Assembly (NCBI GenBank): GCA_039798085.1
Contig: JBDKGR010000001.1
Location: forward strand, 2,147 to 66,146
Direction of reading: 5' to 3'
Length of the DNA stretch: 64,000 nucleotides
DNA from: Pseudomonadota bacterium
Lineage (GTDB): Bacteria; Pseudomonadota; Gammaproteobacteria; Burkholderiales; Burkholderiaceae_C
This document shows, one piece after another, positions 42,217-52,895 of the stretch. The notes under the pieces are model-generated. The model searched no databases and was not told the DNA's origin. It was given only the letters and a program-made list of their open reading frames with translations. A program made the position numbers and the translations under genes. Numbering within the stretch: position 1 is the first letter of the stretch; each line of letters starts with the position of its first letter.

Positions 42217-42897
42217 ATGAAACAAAAAACCAAAATTTCAACGAACCATCCGACCGATGCAGCAACCGTTCTTCTTCTACAAGATGGTACGGAAGGGTTG
42301 GAAGTTTTATTGATTTGCCGCCACATCCAATCCAATGTACTGGGTGGTGTGTACGTTTTCCCGGGGGGGAAGCACGATTCGAGCGATGCCAGTTTTCACC
42401 ACACCGCCCAGCGCGAAACGTGGGAAGAAGTGGGCGTACAGTTGGAAATTGATCACCTTATCCCTTGGAGCCGTTGGATTACGCCCCGCCAGCCCACGTT
42501 AAGCAGCAAGCGTTTTGATGCCCGTTTTTTTGTCGCCGCCATGCCCGCCAACCAAAAAGCGAAACACGATGACTATGAAGCCACTGAAACTTTGTGGATT
42601 CGTCCCGCCAAGGCGTTAGAGCGTTATTGGAACGGAGATTTGCCACTTGCTCCGCCCCAAATCATGAGCTTGTTGCACTTATCACACTACCCCGATACCG
42701 CAAGCGCAATCGCCGCTGCGCCCAGCGATCCACCTTTAATACAACCTGAAGTGTTAGAGGAAAATGGAGAGCGCATCATCTGTTACCCGGGTGACCCGCT
42801 ACACCCCATCCGCCAACGTGCCCAACCGGGTCCGCTGCGCTGGTATTACCGGAATCAACGCTTTGAATACGAAAGCCACAAAAATCATGAAAGTTGA
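42217..42897 (+). CDS. NUDIX hydrolase
   Basis: VFPGG...[10 protein letters not shown] Nudix box and RWITP...RFDARFF. Confidence 0.88.
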   Translation: MKQKTKISTNHPTDAATVLLLQDGTEGLEVLLICRHIQSNVLGGVYVFPGGKHDSSDASFHHTAQRETWEEVGVQLEIDHLIPWSRWITPRQPTLSSKRFDARFFVAAMPANQKAKHDDYEATETLWIRPAKALERYWNGDLPLAPPQIMSLLHLSHYPDTASAIAAAPSDPPLIQPEVLEENGERIICYPGDPLHPIRQRAQPGPLRWYYRNQRFEYESHKNHES

Positions 42898-43336
42898 TGT
42901 CAAAATTCTTGACGAGCGCCTGCACACCCAAATGCCCCATTACGCCACACCCGGTAGTGCGGGTTTGGATTTACGGGCTTGTATCGCCGAGGCAATAACC
43001 CTTGCGCCTCATGCGTGGGAGCTTGTGCCATTGGGAATGGCAATTCATTTGGCAGATGCAGGTTATGCGGCGCTGATTTTGCCGCGCTCAGGTTTGGGGC
43101 ATAAGCATGGCATTGTGTTGGGAAATTTGGTAGGCTTGATTGATAGCGATTACCAAGGACAACTCATGGCGAGCGTTTGGAATCGCAGTGAGGTGGCGTT
43201 TACCATTGAACCTATGGAGCGTATCGCCCAGCTTATCATCGTGCCCGTAGTGCAGGCACAATTCCATATTGTGAATGCGTTTGATGCCACCAGCCAGCGT
43301 GGAGAAGGTGGTTACGGTTCTACCGGAAAGGGTTAA
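42887..43336 (+). CDS. dut: dUTP diphosphatase
   Basis: [22 protein letters not shown] and [10 protein letters not shown]; ATG at 42887. Confidence 0.96.
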   Translation: MKVDVKILDERLHTQMPHYATPGSAGLDLRACIAEAITLAPHAWELVPLGMAIHLADAGYAALILPRSGLGHKHGIVLGNLVGLIDSDYQGQLMASVWNRSEVAFTIEPMERIAQLIIVPVVQAQFHIVNAFDATSQRGEGGYGSTGKG

Positions 43337-43338
43337 AA

Positions 43339-43998
43339 ATGCAACGTCAAGGGGTTTCTCTTTTTTTAGCGGCTAGTTTGGCGGGTTTATTAGGCGGGGG
43401 CTTGGGAGGGTGTGCCAATATCCCCCCCGAAGCGCCAGAACTTTCGGCTCAACTGGGAATGCGCATTTCGGCTTTAGAAGCCGCCCATACCCGCTTGGTG
43501 CAGGAGTTTTTCGTCGCCAAAAGGAAACGGATTGACGAATTTTTACAAGATGTTTGGGTTCCCACTTTTTCTCAAGAGTTTTTTAACGACCCCAAAATTG
43601 ATGGCGTATGGAAGCAAGTAATCCAATCACAAGACCCCAAAGACCGGAGAAAGTTTATCGGTATTGCTGGGAGTAAACTGCAAGAACGCATCAATAAAAA
43701 ACGCACCGAATTATTGCAACCCTTGGATGCACTCGAAGCCTCAATGCTGCGAAAATTGCAAGCAGAATACAATCAAACCCGTGCTATCAATAATACATTA
43801 ACTTCTTTTTTACAATCCACATCCAAAGTCGAAGAAAATCGCAAACGCTATATGGATATGGTCGGCGTACCCGATAAAGGCTTGGATAGCATGATTGGTG
43901 AAACCGAATCGGCTATCATTGATTTAATAAGCACCAAAAATGATACCGATAAATACATTCTGAAAATCAATAATTTAATAAATAAAATTAATAAATAA
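43339..43998 (+). CDS. Hypothetical helical lipoprotein
   Basis: Signal peptide with lipobox LGG-C and a predominantly amphipathic helical mature region. Confidence 0.72.
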   Translation: MQRQGVSLFLAASLAGLLGGGLGGCANIPPEAPELSAQLGMRISALEAAHTRLVQEFFVAKRKRIDEFLQDVWVPTFSQEFFNDPKIDGVWKQVIQSQDPKDRRKFIGIAGSKLQERINKKRTELLQPLDALEASMLRKLQAEYNQTRAINNTLTSFLQSTSKVEENRKRYMDMVGVPDKGLDSMIGETESAIIDLISTKNDTDKYILKINNLINKINK

Positions 43999-44064
43999 AT
44001 TTGTAAATAAATTTGTAAATAAATTGGGTGAACGGTTAAATAATTTAAATCAAAGGAGAAAATC

Positions 44065-44349
44065 ATGGGAGTTGATTGGGATAAATTTCAAGAAGATATT
44101 GATACCTTGGTAGTGAGCGCGGGTCACAAGACCGATGCGGCATTGGCAAGTCAAATATCTTCTTTGACACGCTTGACGGATGAAGATGTGCAAAAATTAT
44201 TTCCCGAGCCTGCCGATGTGCAAAAATTAGCACAACTGATGGAAATTGTAAAAGGTGCGGGAGAGAAAAACGAAAAAATTAATAAATTCGTTGCGGGTTC
44301 TGACCAATATGCGAGTGTGGTTTTAACTTTATTAGGTGCATTGGTTTAA
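44065..44349 (+). CDS. Small hypothetical protein with hydrophobic C-terminus
   Basis: Strong AAGGAG RBS; 94-aa ORF filling the gap before parE. Confidence 0.75.
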   Translation: MGVDWDKFQEDIDTLVVSAGHKTDAALASQISSLTRLTDEDVQKLFPEPADVQKLAQLMEIVKGAGEKNEKINKFVAGSDQYASVVLTLLGALV

Positions 44350-44362
44350 TTTTGCTTTCAAT

Positions 44363-46324
44363 ATGAATTATTCGGAATCTTCGATTCGTGTCCTCAAAGG
44401 ATTAGAACCCGTCCAACAACGTCCGGGTATGTACACCCGCACGGATAATCCGCTGCATATTATTCAAGAGGTGTTGGATAATGCCGCCGATGAAGCGCTG
44501 GGCGGCTTTGGACGGAAGATTAACGTAATTCTGCATACCGATGGTTCGGTCACGGTAGAAGACGATGGGCGTGGCATTCCGTTTGGAATGCACCCCGAAG
44601 AAAATGCCCCCGTGATCGAACTGGTATTTACCCGTCTGCACGCGGGCGGTAAGTTTGATAAGGGCAAGGGCGGCGCATACAGTTTTTCAGGCGGTTTGCA
44701 CGGCGTGGGCGTGAGCGTGACCAATGCGCTGGCATTGCGGCTGGAAGTGCAATCGTACCGCGAAGGCAAAGTGGCAAAAATCGCCTTTGAAAATGGCGGC
44801 GTGAGCGAAGCCTTGACCATCCACAAAGCCGAATCACCCATCAAATCCGGCACATCGGTGCGGGTGTGGGCAGACCCCCAATACTTTGAATCCGCCACCC
44901 TGCCCATGCCGGAACTCGTGCATTTGCTACGCAGTAAAGCGGTTCTCATGCCCGGGGTGCGGGTTTCGTTGTTGATTGAAAAAACGAAAGAATCCACCAA
45001 AGAATCGCAAGTGTGGCTCTACAAAGGCGGGCTGCGTGATTATTTGGCGCAAACCTTATCGGATGAGCCGATCATCCCTTTGTTGGAAGGGGAAGGATTT
45101 GCCGATTCTCAGCACGAACAGTTTGCTGAAGGGGAGGGAGCCGCGTGGTGCGTTGCCTTCACGCCAGAAGGCGCAACGGTGCGGGAAAGTTATGTGAATT
45201 TGATTCCCACCAGCGCGGGCGGTACGCACGAAAGTGGATTGCGTGAAGGATTATTTCAGGCAGTAAAAGGGTTTATCGAATTACATTCTTTATTACCCAA
45301 AGGCGTGAAGTTAATGCCGGAGGATGTATTTTCTCGTGCAAGTTATGTGCTTTCCACCAAAGTGCTTGATCCGCAATTTCAAGGGCAAATCAAAGAGCGT
45401 TTGAATTCGCGCGATGCGGTGCGTTTGGTGGCGAGTTTTGTACGCCCGTCGCTGGAATTGTGGCTGAATCAGCACGTTGAGTTTGGAAAAAAATTGGCAG
45501 AACTTGCCATTAAAACTGCGCAACACCGCCAACGGGCGGGACAAAAAGTGGAAAAGCGCAAAAGTTCGGGCGTGGCGGTATTACCCGGGAAATTAACCGA
45601 TTGCGAGAGCCGTGATATTGCCTATAACGAAGTCTTTTTAGTCGAGGGCGATTCCGCCGGTGGTAGCGCCAAAATGGGACGCGATAAAGAACTCCAAGCA
45701 ATTTTACCTTTGCGTGGTAAAGTATTAAATACGTGGGAAGTAAACCCCGATCAATTATTTGCTAATAAAGAAATTCATGATATTTCGGTAGCCATTGGCG
45801 TTGATCCACATGGCAGTAATGATACGCCTGATTTATCGGGCTTACGTTATGGCAAAGTATGTATCTTGTCGGATGCGGATGTGGATGGATCGCATATTCA
45901 AGTTTTATTATTGAGTTTATTTTTTCGCCATTTTCCTAAATTGATTGAAACGGGGCATATTTATGTGGCACGTCCGCCTTTGTTTCGGGTGGATGCGCCT
46001 GCACGCGGTAAAAAACCCGCATCGAAAGCCTATGCCTTGGATGAAGCCGAATTGCATACCATTTTGGATAAACTGAAAAAAGAAGGCGTAAAAGAAACCC
46101 ATTGGAATATCAGCCGCTTCAAAGGTTTGGGTGAAATGAATGCCAATCAATTATGGGATACCACCTTAAATCCCGATACGCGGCGCTTATTACCCATCCA
46201 GTTGGGGAATATCAATTTTCAGGAAACGGAAGCCTTAATCGCCCAGTTGATGGGCAAGGGCGAAGCGGCAGCCCGCCGCGAGTTAATGGAGCTGCACGGC
46301 GATTCTGTGGAGGTGGATGTATGA
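44363..46324 (+). CDS. parE: DNA topoisomerase IV subunit B
   Basis: LEPVQQRPGMY, GGLHGVGVS, VEGDSAGGS, PLRGK, DADVDG and RFKGLGEMN; start MNYSES at 44363. Confidence 0.96.
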   Translation: MNYSESSIRVLKGLEPVQQRPGMYTRTDNPLHIIQEVLDNAADEALGGFGRKINVILHTDGSVTVEDDGRGIPFGMHPEENAPVIELVFTRLHAGGKFDKGKGGAYSFSGGLHGVGVSVTNALALRLEVQSYREGKVAKIAFENGGVSEALTIHKAESPIKSGTSVRVWADPQYFESATLPMPELVHLLRSKAVLMPGVRVSLLIEKTKESTKESQVWLYKGGLRDYLAQTLSDEPIIPLLEGEGFADSQHEQFAEGEGAAWCVAFTPEGATVRESYVNLIPTSAGGTHESGLREGLFQAVKGFIELHSLLPKGVKLMPEDVFSRASYVLSTKVLDPQFQGQIKERLNSRDAVRLVASFVRPSLELWLNQHVEFGKKLAELAIKTAQHRQRAGQKVEKRKSSGVAVLPGKLTDCESRDIAYNEVFLVEGDSAGGSAKMGRDKELQAILPLRGKVLNTWEVNPDQLFANKEIHDISVAIGVDPHGSNDTPDLSGLRYGKVCILSDADVDGSHIQVLLLSLFFRHFPKLIETGHIYVARPPLFRVDAPARGKKPASKAYALDEAELHTILDKLKKEGVKETHWNISRFKGLGEMNANQLWDTTLNPDTRRLLPIQLGNINFQETEALIAQLMGKGEAAARRELMELHGDSVEVDV

Positions 46325-47025
46325 AAACGGTGTGGATTGTCTTATTATGGACAATCTTCAGTTCTCATGCTGCGTATGCCGATATTTATAGCTTTGTCGA
46401 TGCAAAAGGGGTTCGGCATTATTCTAATATCCCGAATGATCCTCGGTTTGTGAATTTAACCAATCCTAAAACCGGCGAAACCAAATTACCCAATGCAGGA
46501 AAATACAAATCAGGTTCACCCAATGCTACATGGGGCGCAATGGGGCGCAGCAGTTCGACATTCAAAAATGCAGCGACATTAGAAACCAATCCATCGTATT
46601 TGGCGGTTAAATACTATATGCAAACGGCTGCCCAAGAAAATCAAATTGACCTTGCTTTATTAAAAGCTATTATTGCGACCGAATCGGCATTTAATACCAA
46701 TGCCGTATCACCCAAAGGTGCAAGAGGGCTTATGCAGGTAATGCCCGCTACTGCCCAACGTTTTGGGGTTTCTGATGACCATTCAGGGAGTATTGCTAGT
46801 AAACTAGCCGATCCTCAAACCAATATCGCTGCGGGGACACGTTATTTGCGGTATTTATTTAATTTATTTCCCAACGATTTAGAGCTTGTTATTGCATCCT
46901 ATAACGCGGGAGAAGGAGCGGTTAAGCGCTATGGCAACCGTATCCCCGATTATCCTGAAACGCAAAATTACGTTCGCAGCGTGATGCAGTTGTACCAGCA
47001 GTTTAGTGTGAATGGAAAATCGTAA
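46321..47025 (+). CDS. Lytic transglycosylase (SLT domain, N-terminal DUF4124-like)
   Basis: Signal peptide, ATESAF, GARGLMQVMP and ASYNAGEG; ATGA overlap with parE. Confidence 0.92.
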   Translation: MKTVWIVLLWTIFSSHAAYADIYSFVDAKGVRHYSNIPNDPRFVNLTNPKTGETKLPNAGKYKSGSPNATWGAMGRSSSTFKNAATLETNPSYLAVKYYMQTAAQENQIDLALLKAIIATESAFNTNAVSPKGARGLMQVMPATAQRFGVSDDHSGSIASKLADPQTNIAAGTRYLRYLFNLFPNDLELVIASYNAGEGAVKRYGNRIPDYPETQNYVRSVMQLYQQFSVNGKS

Positions 47026-47055
47026 AATAATAAATATTTAAAAATATACAAAAAT

Positions 47056-49383
47056 ATGTTGAATGAAATTGAGACTAATCCCAATCCCAATCCCAATCCC
47101 AATCCCAATCCCAATCCCGATCCCGATAATCTAGCCCTTGCCACTTACGCCCAGCGTGCTTATTTGGAATACGCGCTCTCGGTCGTGAAAGGGCGGGCGT
47201 TGCCGGATGTGTGCGATGGGCAAAAACCTGTTCAGCGGCGGATTTTGTACGCCATGTCGCGCATGGGTTTGGGAGGGAATGCGCGTCCAGTAAAGTGCGC
47301 CCGCGTGGTGGGTGATGTGTTGGGACGCTTTCATCCGCATGGCGATCAAGCCGCCTACGATGCGTTGGTGCGTATGGCGCAGGATTTTTCTCAGCGCTAC
47401 CCCTTAATCGACGGGCAGGGAAATTTTGGCTCGCGCGATGGGGATGGTGCAGCGGCGATGCGGTATACCGAGGCGCGTTTGGCAAAAATTACCTCGCTTT
47501 TGCTGGATGAAATCGACATGGGGACGGTGGCGTTTCAGCCAAATTACGATGGTTCGACCCAAGAACCGCACCAGCTTCCCGCGCGTTTGCCGTTTACGCT
47601 GCTCAATGGCGCAAGCGGGATTGCGGTGGGTTTGGCAACCGAGATTCCGAGCCACAATCTGCGCGAAGTAGCCAATGCGTGCGTGGCACTCATCAAAAAC
47701 CCCGAGTTGGGAATTGAGGAATTGTTGCCCATTCTTCCCGCGCCGGATTATCCGGGGGGTGGGCAAATTATCAGCAGCGCCGCCGATATTGCCCAAGCGT
47801 ATCGCACGGGACGCGGGTCGCTGAAAGTGCGGGCGCGTTGGAAAATCGAAGAACTGGCGCGTGGGCAATGGCAAATGGTGGTCACCGAACTGCCGCCCGG
47901 AACCAGCAACCAGCGCGTTTTGGAAGAGATTGAAGAACTCACCAACCCCAAAATCAAAGCGGGAAAAAAGGTCGTTTCGCAAGACCAAGCCCAACTCAAA
48001 GCCAGCATTTTGGCGGTGTTGGATGCGGTGCGCGATGAATCGAATAAAGATGCGCCCGTGCGCTTGGTATTTGAACCCAAAAGCAGCCGCGTTGATCCGC
48101 AAGAGCTGATTACCGCGTTGCTGGCGCATACGAGTTTGGAAAGCTCCAGTTCCATCAATCTCACCATGATTGGCTTGGATGGCAGACCCACCTTGAAATC
48201 GCTGCACCAAATTTTGCAGGAATGGATTGCGTTTCGCCGTGCCACCATCGAAAAACGTACGCGCCACCGCTTGGGCAAAGTCCAAGATCGCATCCATATT
48301 TTGGAAGGGCGGCAAACGGTTTTGTTGAATTTGGATGAGGTGATTGCCATCATCCGCGAATCGGACGAGCCCCAAGCGGATTTAATGGCGCGTTTTCACC
48401 TCAGCACCGTGCAAGCCGAGGATATTTTGGACATCCGCCTGCGGCAGTTGGCGCGGCTGGAGGCGCTCAAAATTGCGCAAGAATTGTCCGATTTGCGCGG
48501 TGAACAAAGCACGCTACAGGCTATTTTGGATAACCCCGCCGTCCTGCAAAAATTGATGATTCGGGAAATCGAATCCGATGCCAAAACCTTTGCCGACCCG
48601 CGCCGCACACTGATTCAAGAAGAAAAACGCGCCGTGCAAGAAATCAAGGTGGTGGATGAACCGGTTACCGTCATCATCAGCCAAAAAGGATGGGTGCGTA
48701 CCCGTGGCGGACATGGTTTGGATTCCAGCACTTGGACGTTCAAAGCCGGCGATTCGTTGCACAGTTGCTATGAATGTCGTAGCGTCGATTGCTTGCTGGG
48801 CTTTGGTTTGAACGGAAGGGTGTATTCTGTAGTCGTGTCGCTGCTCCCGGGCGGGCGGGGTGATGGTGTGCCGATTACATCGCTTATCGAACTGGAAGCC
48901 GGAACGCACATTCCGTTTTATTTTGCGGGTTCTGCAAGTACCACGTTTCTGTTAAGCAGCAGCGCGGGTTACGGATTTTTGGCAAGTGTGGAGAACATGA
49001 TGTCGCGCCAAAAAGCGGGAAAAGCCTTTATCACTTGCAATGCGGGCGAAACCATTTGCCCACCTTCGCGCTTCGATCAAGAAACCCATGTGGCGTGCGT
49101 AGCGGCTTCAGGGCGAATTTTGACGTTTGAATTGGCTGATTTGAAATCCATGCCCAATGGCGGACGCGGTTTGATGCTGATGTCCTTGGAAGAAAAAGAT
49201 ACGCTGATAGGCGCAGTGGCTTATATGCGCAGCGTGAAAATTACGGGCGTGGGGCGTGGCGGTAAGGAACGGGAAGATATTTTAGAAATCCGTAGCTTGA
49301 ATAATGCCCAAGGTATTCGGGGGCGCAAGGGCAAGGAAGCAAGTTTTACCTTTAAGCCGAATCGCATTACGCGCATCGCATAA
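47056..49383 (+). CDS. parC: DNA topoisomerase IV subunit A
   Basis: [23 protein letters not shown] and NGASGIAVG. Confidence 0.96.
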   Translation: MLNEIETNPNPNPNPNPNPNPDPDNLALATYAQRAYLEYALSVVKGRALPDVCDGQKPVQRRILYAMSRMGLGGNARPVKCARVVGDVLGRFHPHGDQAAYDALVRMAQDFSQRYPLIDGQGNFGSRDGDGAAAMRYTEARLAKITSLLLDEIDMGTVAFQPNYDGSTQEPHQLPARLPFTLLNGASGIAVGLATEIPSHNLREVANACVALIKNPELGIEELLPILPAPDYPGGGQIISSAADIAQAYRTGRGSLKVRARWKIEELARGQWQMVVTELPPGTSNQRVLEEIEELTNPKIKAGKKVVSQDQAQLKASILAVLDAVRDESNKDAPVRLVFEPKSSRVDPQELITALLAHTSLESSSSINLTMIGLDGRPTLKSLHQILQEWIAFRRATIEKRTRHRLGKVQDRIHILEGRQTVLLNLDEVIAIIRESDEPQADLMARFHLSTVQAEDILDIRLRQLARLEALKIAQELSDLRGEQSTLQAILDNPAVLQKLMIREIESDAKTFADPRRTLIQEEKRAVQEIKVVDEPVTVIISQKGWVRTRGGHGLDSSTWTFKAGDSLHSCYECRSVDCLLGFGLNGRVYSVVVSLLPGGRGDGVPITSLIELEAGTHIPFYFAGSASTTFLLSSSAGYGFLASVENMMSRQKAGKAFITCNAGETICPPSRFDQETHVACVAASGRILTFELADLKSMPNGGRGLMLMSLEEKDTLIGAVAYMRSVKITGVGRGGKEREDILEIRSLNNAQGIRGRKGKEASFTFKPNRITRIA
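47077..47127 (+). repeat. Hexamer microsatellite (AATCCC)n encoding Asn-Pro repeats at the ParC N-terminus
   Basis: About seven aatccc units followed by gatccc ([17 protein letters not shown]). Confidence 0.9.
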
Positions 49384-49410
49384 AAAAAGCCGGATGATTC
49401 CGGCTTCTTT
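49382..49410. terminator. Bidirectional intrinsic terminator between parC and the SWIB gene
   Basis: aaaaa-aagccgga-tgat-tccggctt-cttt. Confidence 0.75.
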
Positions 49411-49428
49411 GCTTCTTTGCTTCTTTAC

Positions 49429-49770
49429 TTATTTGGTCAAATGCTTGCTGATAAGTTTTTGCATCGAGAACATATCTACTTGCTTATAAACTTTACCCGC
49501 TTCATCTTTACCGAATACTTTTTTGAGTTTGGCATCGGGGTTAATCATGCGTTTGTTGGTTGCATCTTGTAGATTGTGAGCCTTGATATACACCCACATT
49601 TGTTTCACGACTTCTGTCCGTGGAAGGGGGTCTTTACCCACAATGACCGCCAATTCCTTGCTAGGAGTCAAAGGCTTCATGAATCCAGAGGGCGCTGGAG
49701 TAGGTTCGGGTGCAGGAGCTGCTACGATGGGTTCCGCTTTCGGTGCAGGCGCTTTTTTGGTTGTTGCCAT
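49429..49770 (-). CDS. SWIB/MDM2 domain protein
   Basis: FMKPLTPSKELAVIVG...PRTEVVKQMWVYIKAHNLQD...INPD; start MATTKK. Confidence 0.92.
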   Translation of the reverse strand: MATTKKAPAPKAEPIVAAPAPEPTPAPSGFMKPLTPSKELAVIVGKDPLPRTEVVKQMWVYIKAHNLQDATNKRMINPDAKLKKVFGKDEAGKVYKQVDMFSMQKLISKHLTK

Positions 49771-49937
49771 GATGAGTATTTTCCTTGTAAATCTCCTATG
49801 AACGAGAAACAATTCACAGGCAGACCTTATGCTAATGGAGAAAACTCACCTGTAAAGCAGAAGATAGATTTTTTCGCTCAGAATTCCCTTTTTTCTGCGG
49901 GAAAATGACGTGAATCAACTAAAAGGAGTGTGTATCC

Positions 49938-50426
49938 ATGACCCAAAGCTTTGCTACCTGCGATTTTTGCGACGAATATAAGAACGATTCCACTGGCGAA
50001 TTCCGCGTTCTTCCCCCCGTTTTTAAGGATTTTGGTGCAGTCAAAAAATTCTCCGGCGCAGTCGAAACCGTGAAATGTTTTGAAGATAACACCCTCGTCA
50101 AAGCCGCTGTGGATTCTGCCGGACATGGCAAAGTGCTGGTGGTGGATGGTGGTGGATCGCTGCGTCGTGCCTTGTTGGGCGGCAATTTGGGCGCGGCGGC
50201 TGCCAAAAACGGCTGGGCGGGCGTGGTGATTGATGGCTGCGTGCGCGATACCGCTGAATTAGCAGGTCATGCCGTCGGCATCCGCGCCCTTGCTGCCATG
50301 CCTTTGCCTACGGAAAAGCGCAAAGAAGGGCAATCGAATGTCGCGGTGCAAATTCAAGGCGTATGGGTGCGTCCGGGGGATTGGCTCTATGCCGATGAAG
50401 ACGGTATCGTCATTATGGCGAAGTAG
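49938..50426 (+). CDS. rraA: RraA family protein (RNase E regulator / HMG aldolase-like)
   Basis: TVKCFEDN, VLVVDGGGS, GCVRD and ADEDG. Confidence 0.93.
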   Translation: MTQSFATCDFCDEYKNDSTGEFRVLPPVFKDFGAVKKFSGAVETVKCFEDNTLVKAAVDSAGHGKVLVVDGGGSLRRALLGGNLGAAAAKNGWAGVVIDGCVRDTAELAGHAVGIRALAAMPLPTEKRKEGQSNVAVQIQGVWVRPGDWLYADEDGIVIMAK

Positions 50427-51306
50427 TCGCCAACACCACGCCCGCGAGCGCCATCGCAAATGCGATCGCTTGCAGGGCGTTGAAAGACTCCCCCAAGACC
50501 AGCACGCCCACAGCGGCAGCAGAAATGGGAAGCATCACCGTAAAAACCCCCGCGCGGGAGGCGGGAACGCCTTGTAAACCCGTCATCCATAGCCACACGC
50601 TCCACACGCTGGCCGCCATCGCATAAAACAGCAGCAGCCCCACCGTGGAGGTCGTAAGGGCGAAAAAATCAAATTGCCACGCCGCATAAAGCCCTAGCGG
50701 AGTCATCAGCAAAAATCCCCATAAATTGATAAGCGCCGTAATCCGTTTCGGCGACACCGTTCCCGTGAGTTTTTTGCCAATTACGGCATACGATGCCTCG
50801 CACACCACTGCCAAAAATACCAAGAAATTGCCCGCTATAGCACTAGGGCTGTGCGTAGTATGCTGCGAATTTGATAGCACCGATAGCGCCGATAGCATAA
50901 TCCCCAGCGCACCCAACGCCACCGAAAAGCCTACACGTAGGGTGATTTTCTCTTTCAAAAAGCGCCAACTCAACAATGCGACTACCGCCGGAATGGTCGC
51001 CATAATGACTCCGGCGGATACGGCACTGGTCATGCTCACGCCAAATAGCATCGTGATGGAAAAAAGAAAATTGCCTAAAAACGCCTCTAAAAATAACAAA
51101 CGCTTGGTTGGTGCATCCAAGGGCGGTTCGTGCGGTTGGCGCGGCAACCAATGCAGCATCGCTAATCCGCCAATGCCAAAGCGCAGCCACGCCAGCAAAA
51201 ACACGCCAAAAACCATGACCAGAGTCTTTGAGAGCGCGACATAACTCCCCACCAAAGCCATACTGAGCGCTAAAAAAAAGTACGATAGCGCGATATTTTT
51301 CACCAT
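50413..51306 (-). CDS. DMT/EamA family transporter
   Basis: About 10 hydrophobic segments in two EamA-like halves. Confidence 0.88.
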   Translation of the reverse strand: MVKNIALSYFFLALSMALVGSYVALSKTLVMVFGVFLLAWLRFGIGGLAMLHWLPRQPHEPPLDAPTKRLLFLEAFLGNFLFSITMLFGVSMTSAVSAGVIMATIPAVVALLSWRFLKEKITLRVGFSVALGALGIMLSALSVLSNSQHTTHSPSAIAGNFLVFLAVVCEASYAVIGKKLTGTVSPKRITALINLWGFLLMTPLGLYAAWQFDFFALTTSTVGLLLFYAMAASVWSVWLWMTGLQGVPASRAGVFTVMLPISAAAVGVLVLGESFNALQAIAFAMALAGVVLATTSP

Positions 51307-51363
51307 GCCGCACCTCCTTTCATAATGTGAATTGAGTCAAAATTTTATGACTCGTTCATAAAA

Positions 51364-51413
51364 TTTTATGTCTTATATAAGACATAAGATACACAATCAG
51401 TCTTATATAAGAC
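51364..51413. promoter_or_regulatory. Two palindromic operator sites upstream of aceA (SdhR/GntR-type motif)
   Basis: ttttatGTCTTATATAAGACataaga at 51364-51389 and GTCTTATATAAGAC at 51400-51413. Confidence 0.75.
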
Positions 51414-51468
51414 TACAATCCAATCACTAAGATTTTTGCCATTTTTTTAACCTACGGAGTGACTCCAC

Positions 51469-52773
51469 ATGACACAACAAACCCGTGAACAACAAATCGC
51501 CGCCCTTGAGCATGATTGGGCAACGAATCCCCGCTGGAAAGGCATCAAACGTGGCTACACCGCTGCGGATGTGGTGCGTCTGCGTGGCTCTTTCCAAGTC
51601 GAGCACACTTTGGCTCGTCGTGGTGCTGAGAAACTGTGGAACTTGGTCAACAATGAGCCTTACGTCAACTGCTTGGGCGCATTGACCGGTGGTCAAGCGA
51701 TGCAACAAGTGAAAGCTGGCATCAAAGCGATTTATTTGTCCGGCTGGCAAGTGGCTGCGGATAACAACGAATACGCTGCCATGTACCCCGACCAATCTTT
51801 GTACCCAGTGGATTCGGTGCCAAAGGTTGTTGAGCGTATCAACAATGCGTTCACACGCGGCGATGAAATCCAATGGTCTAAAGGCATTGGCGCTGGTGAC
51901 AAAGGGTATGTCGATTACCACGCTCCTATCGTTGCCGATGCGGAAGCTGGCTTTGGTGGCGTGTTGAACGCTTACGAATTGATGAAAGCCATGATCCGTG
52001 CGGGTGCTGCTGGCGTTCACTTTGAAGACCAATTGGCTTCGGTGAAAAAATGCGGTCACATGGGTGGTAAAGTGTTGGTTCCTACCACCGAAGCGTGCCA
52101 AAAATTGATCGCAGCGCGTATGGCTGCTGACGTTTATGGCGTTCCTACTTTGGTGATTGCACGTACCGATGCAGAAGCCGCTGACCTCTTGACCAGCGAT
52201 TACGATGCGAACGACAAGCCTTTCTTGACTGGCGAACGCACTGCTGAAGGCTTCTACAAAACCAAAAAAGGTCTCGACCAAGCCATTTCCCGCGCAGTGG
52301 CTTACGCTGAGTACGCTGATTTGGTATGGTGCGAAACCGGTACGCCAGACCTCGAATTTGCACGCAAATTCGCGGAAGCTGTCCACGCTAAACACCCCGG
52401 CAAAATGTTGGCTTACAACTGCTCGCCTTCTTTCAACTGGAAGAAAAACTTGGATGATGCAACCATCGCCAAGTTCCAAAAAGAATTGGGCGCGATGGGT
52501 TACAAATACCAATTCATCACCTTGGCGGGTATCCACAATATGTGGTTCCATATGTTCGACTTGGCACAAGACTACGTTGCACGCGGTATGACCGCTTACG
52601 TGGAAAAAGTGCAAGAGCCCGAATTCGCAGCGCGTGAGCGTGGCTACACCTTCGTGTCGCATCAACAAGAAGTGGGCACTGGCTACTTCGACGAAGTAAC
52701 GACCGTGATTCAAGGTGGCAAGTCCAGCGTAACCGCGTTGACTGGTTCGACTGAAGAAGAACAGTTCCACTGA
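51469..52773 (+). CDS. aceA: Isocitrate lyase
   Basis: [25 protein letters not shown] and YNCSPSFNW. Confidence 0.98.
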   Translation: MTQQTREQQIAALEHDWATNPRWKGIKRGYTAADVVRLRGSFQVEHTLARRGAEKLWNLVNNEPYVNCLGALTGGQAMQQVKAGIKAIYLSGWQVAADNNEYAAMYPDQSLYPVDSVPKVVERINNAFTRGDEIQWSKGIGAGDKGYVDYHAPIVADAEAGFGGVLNAYELMKAMIRAGAAGVHFEDQLASVKKCGHMGGKVLVPTTEACQKLIAARMAADVYGVPTLVIARTDAEAADLLTSDYDANDKPFLTGERTAEGFYKTKKGLDQAISRAVAYAEYADLVWCETGTPDLEFARKFAEAVHAKHPGKMLAYNCSPSFNWKKNLDDATIAKFQKELGAMGYKYQFITLAGIHNMWFHMFDLAQDYVARGMTAYVEKVQEPEFAARERGYTFVSHQQEVGTGYFDEVTTVIQGGKSSVTALTGSTEEEQFH

Positions 52774-52829
52774 AATTAGCGAAGTTAGCGAAATTTCGCT
52801 AATCAGCAGCACTTTTTTCTTCTCTGCCG

Positions 52830-52867
52830 AGAGCCGCAGTTCCCACAAGGAGCTGCGGCTCTTTTTT
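52830..52867 (+). terminator. Rho-independent terminator of aceA
   Basis: agagccgcagttcc-cacaa-ggagctgcggctct followed by a T run. Confidence 0.88.
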
Positions 52868-52895
52868 ATCGGGGATTTTTGTGGAAGAATTCCGC

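Noticed and set aside
46321-47025. SLT gene between parE and parC as a novel insertion
   Set aside because: From recall, this arrangement is common in Burkholderiales.
47404-48375. 323-aa and 201-aa minus-strand ORFs
   Set aside because: Antisense shadows of parC.
52785-52802. Palindrome ttagcgaaatttcgctaa after aceA
   Set aside because: Overlaps a local ttagcgaa tandem duplication, and a clear terminator lies just downstream, so no separate function can be supported.
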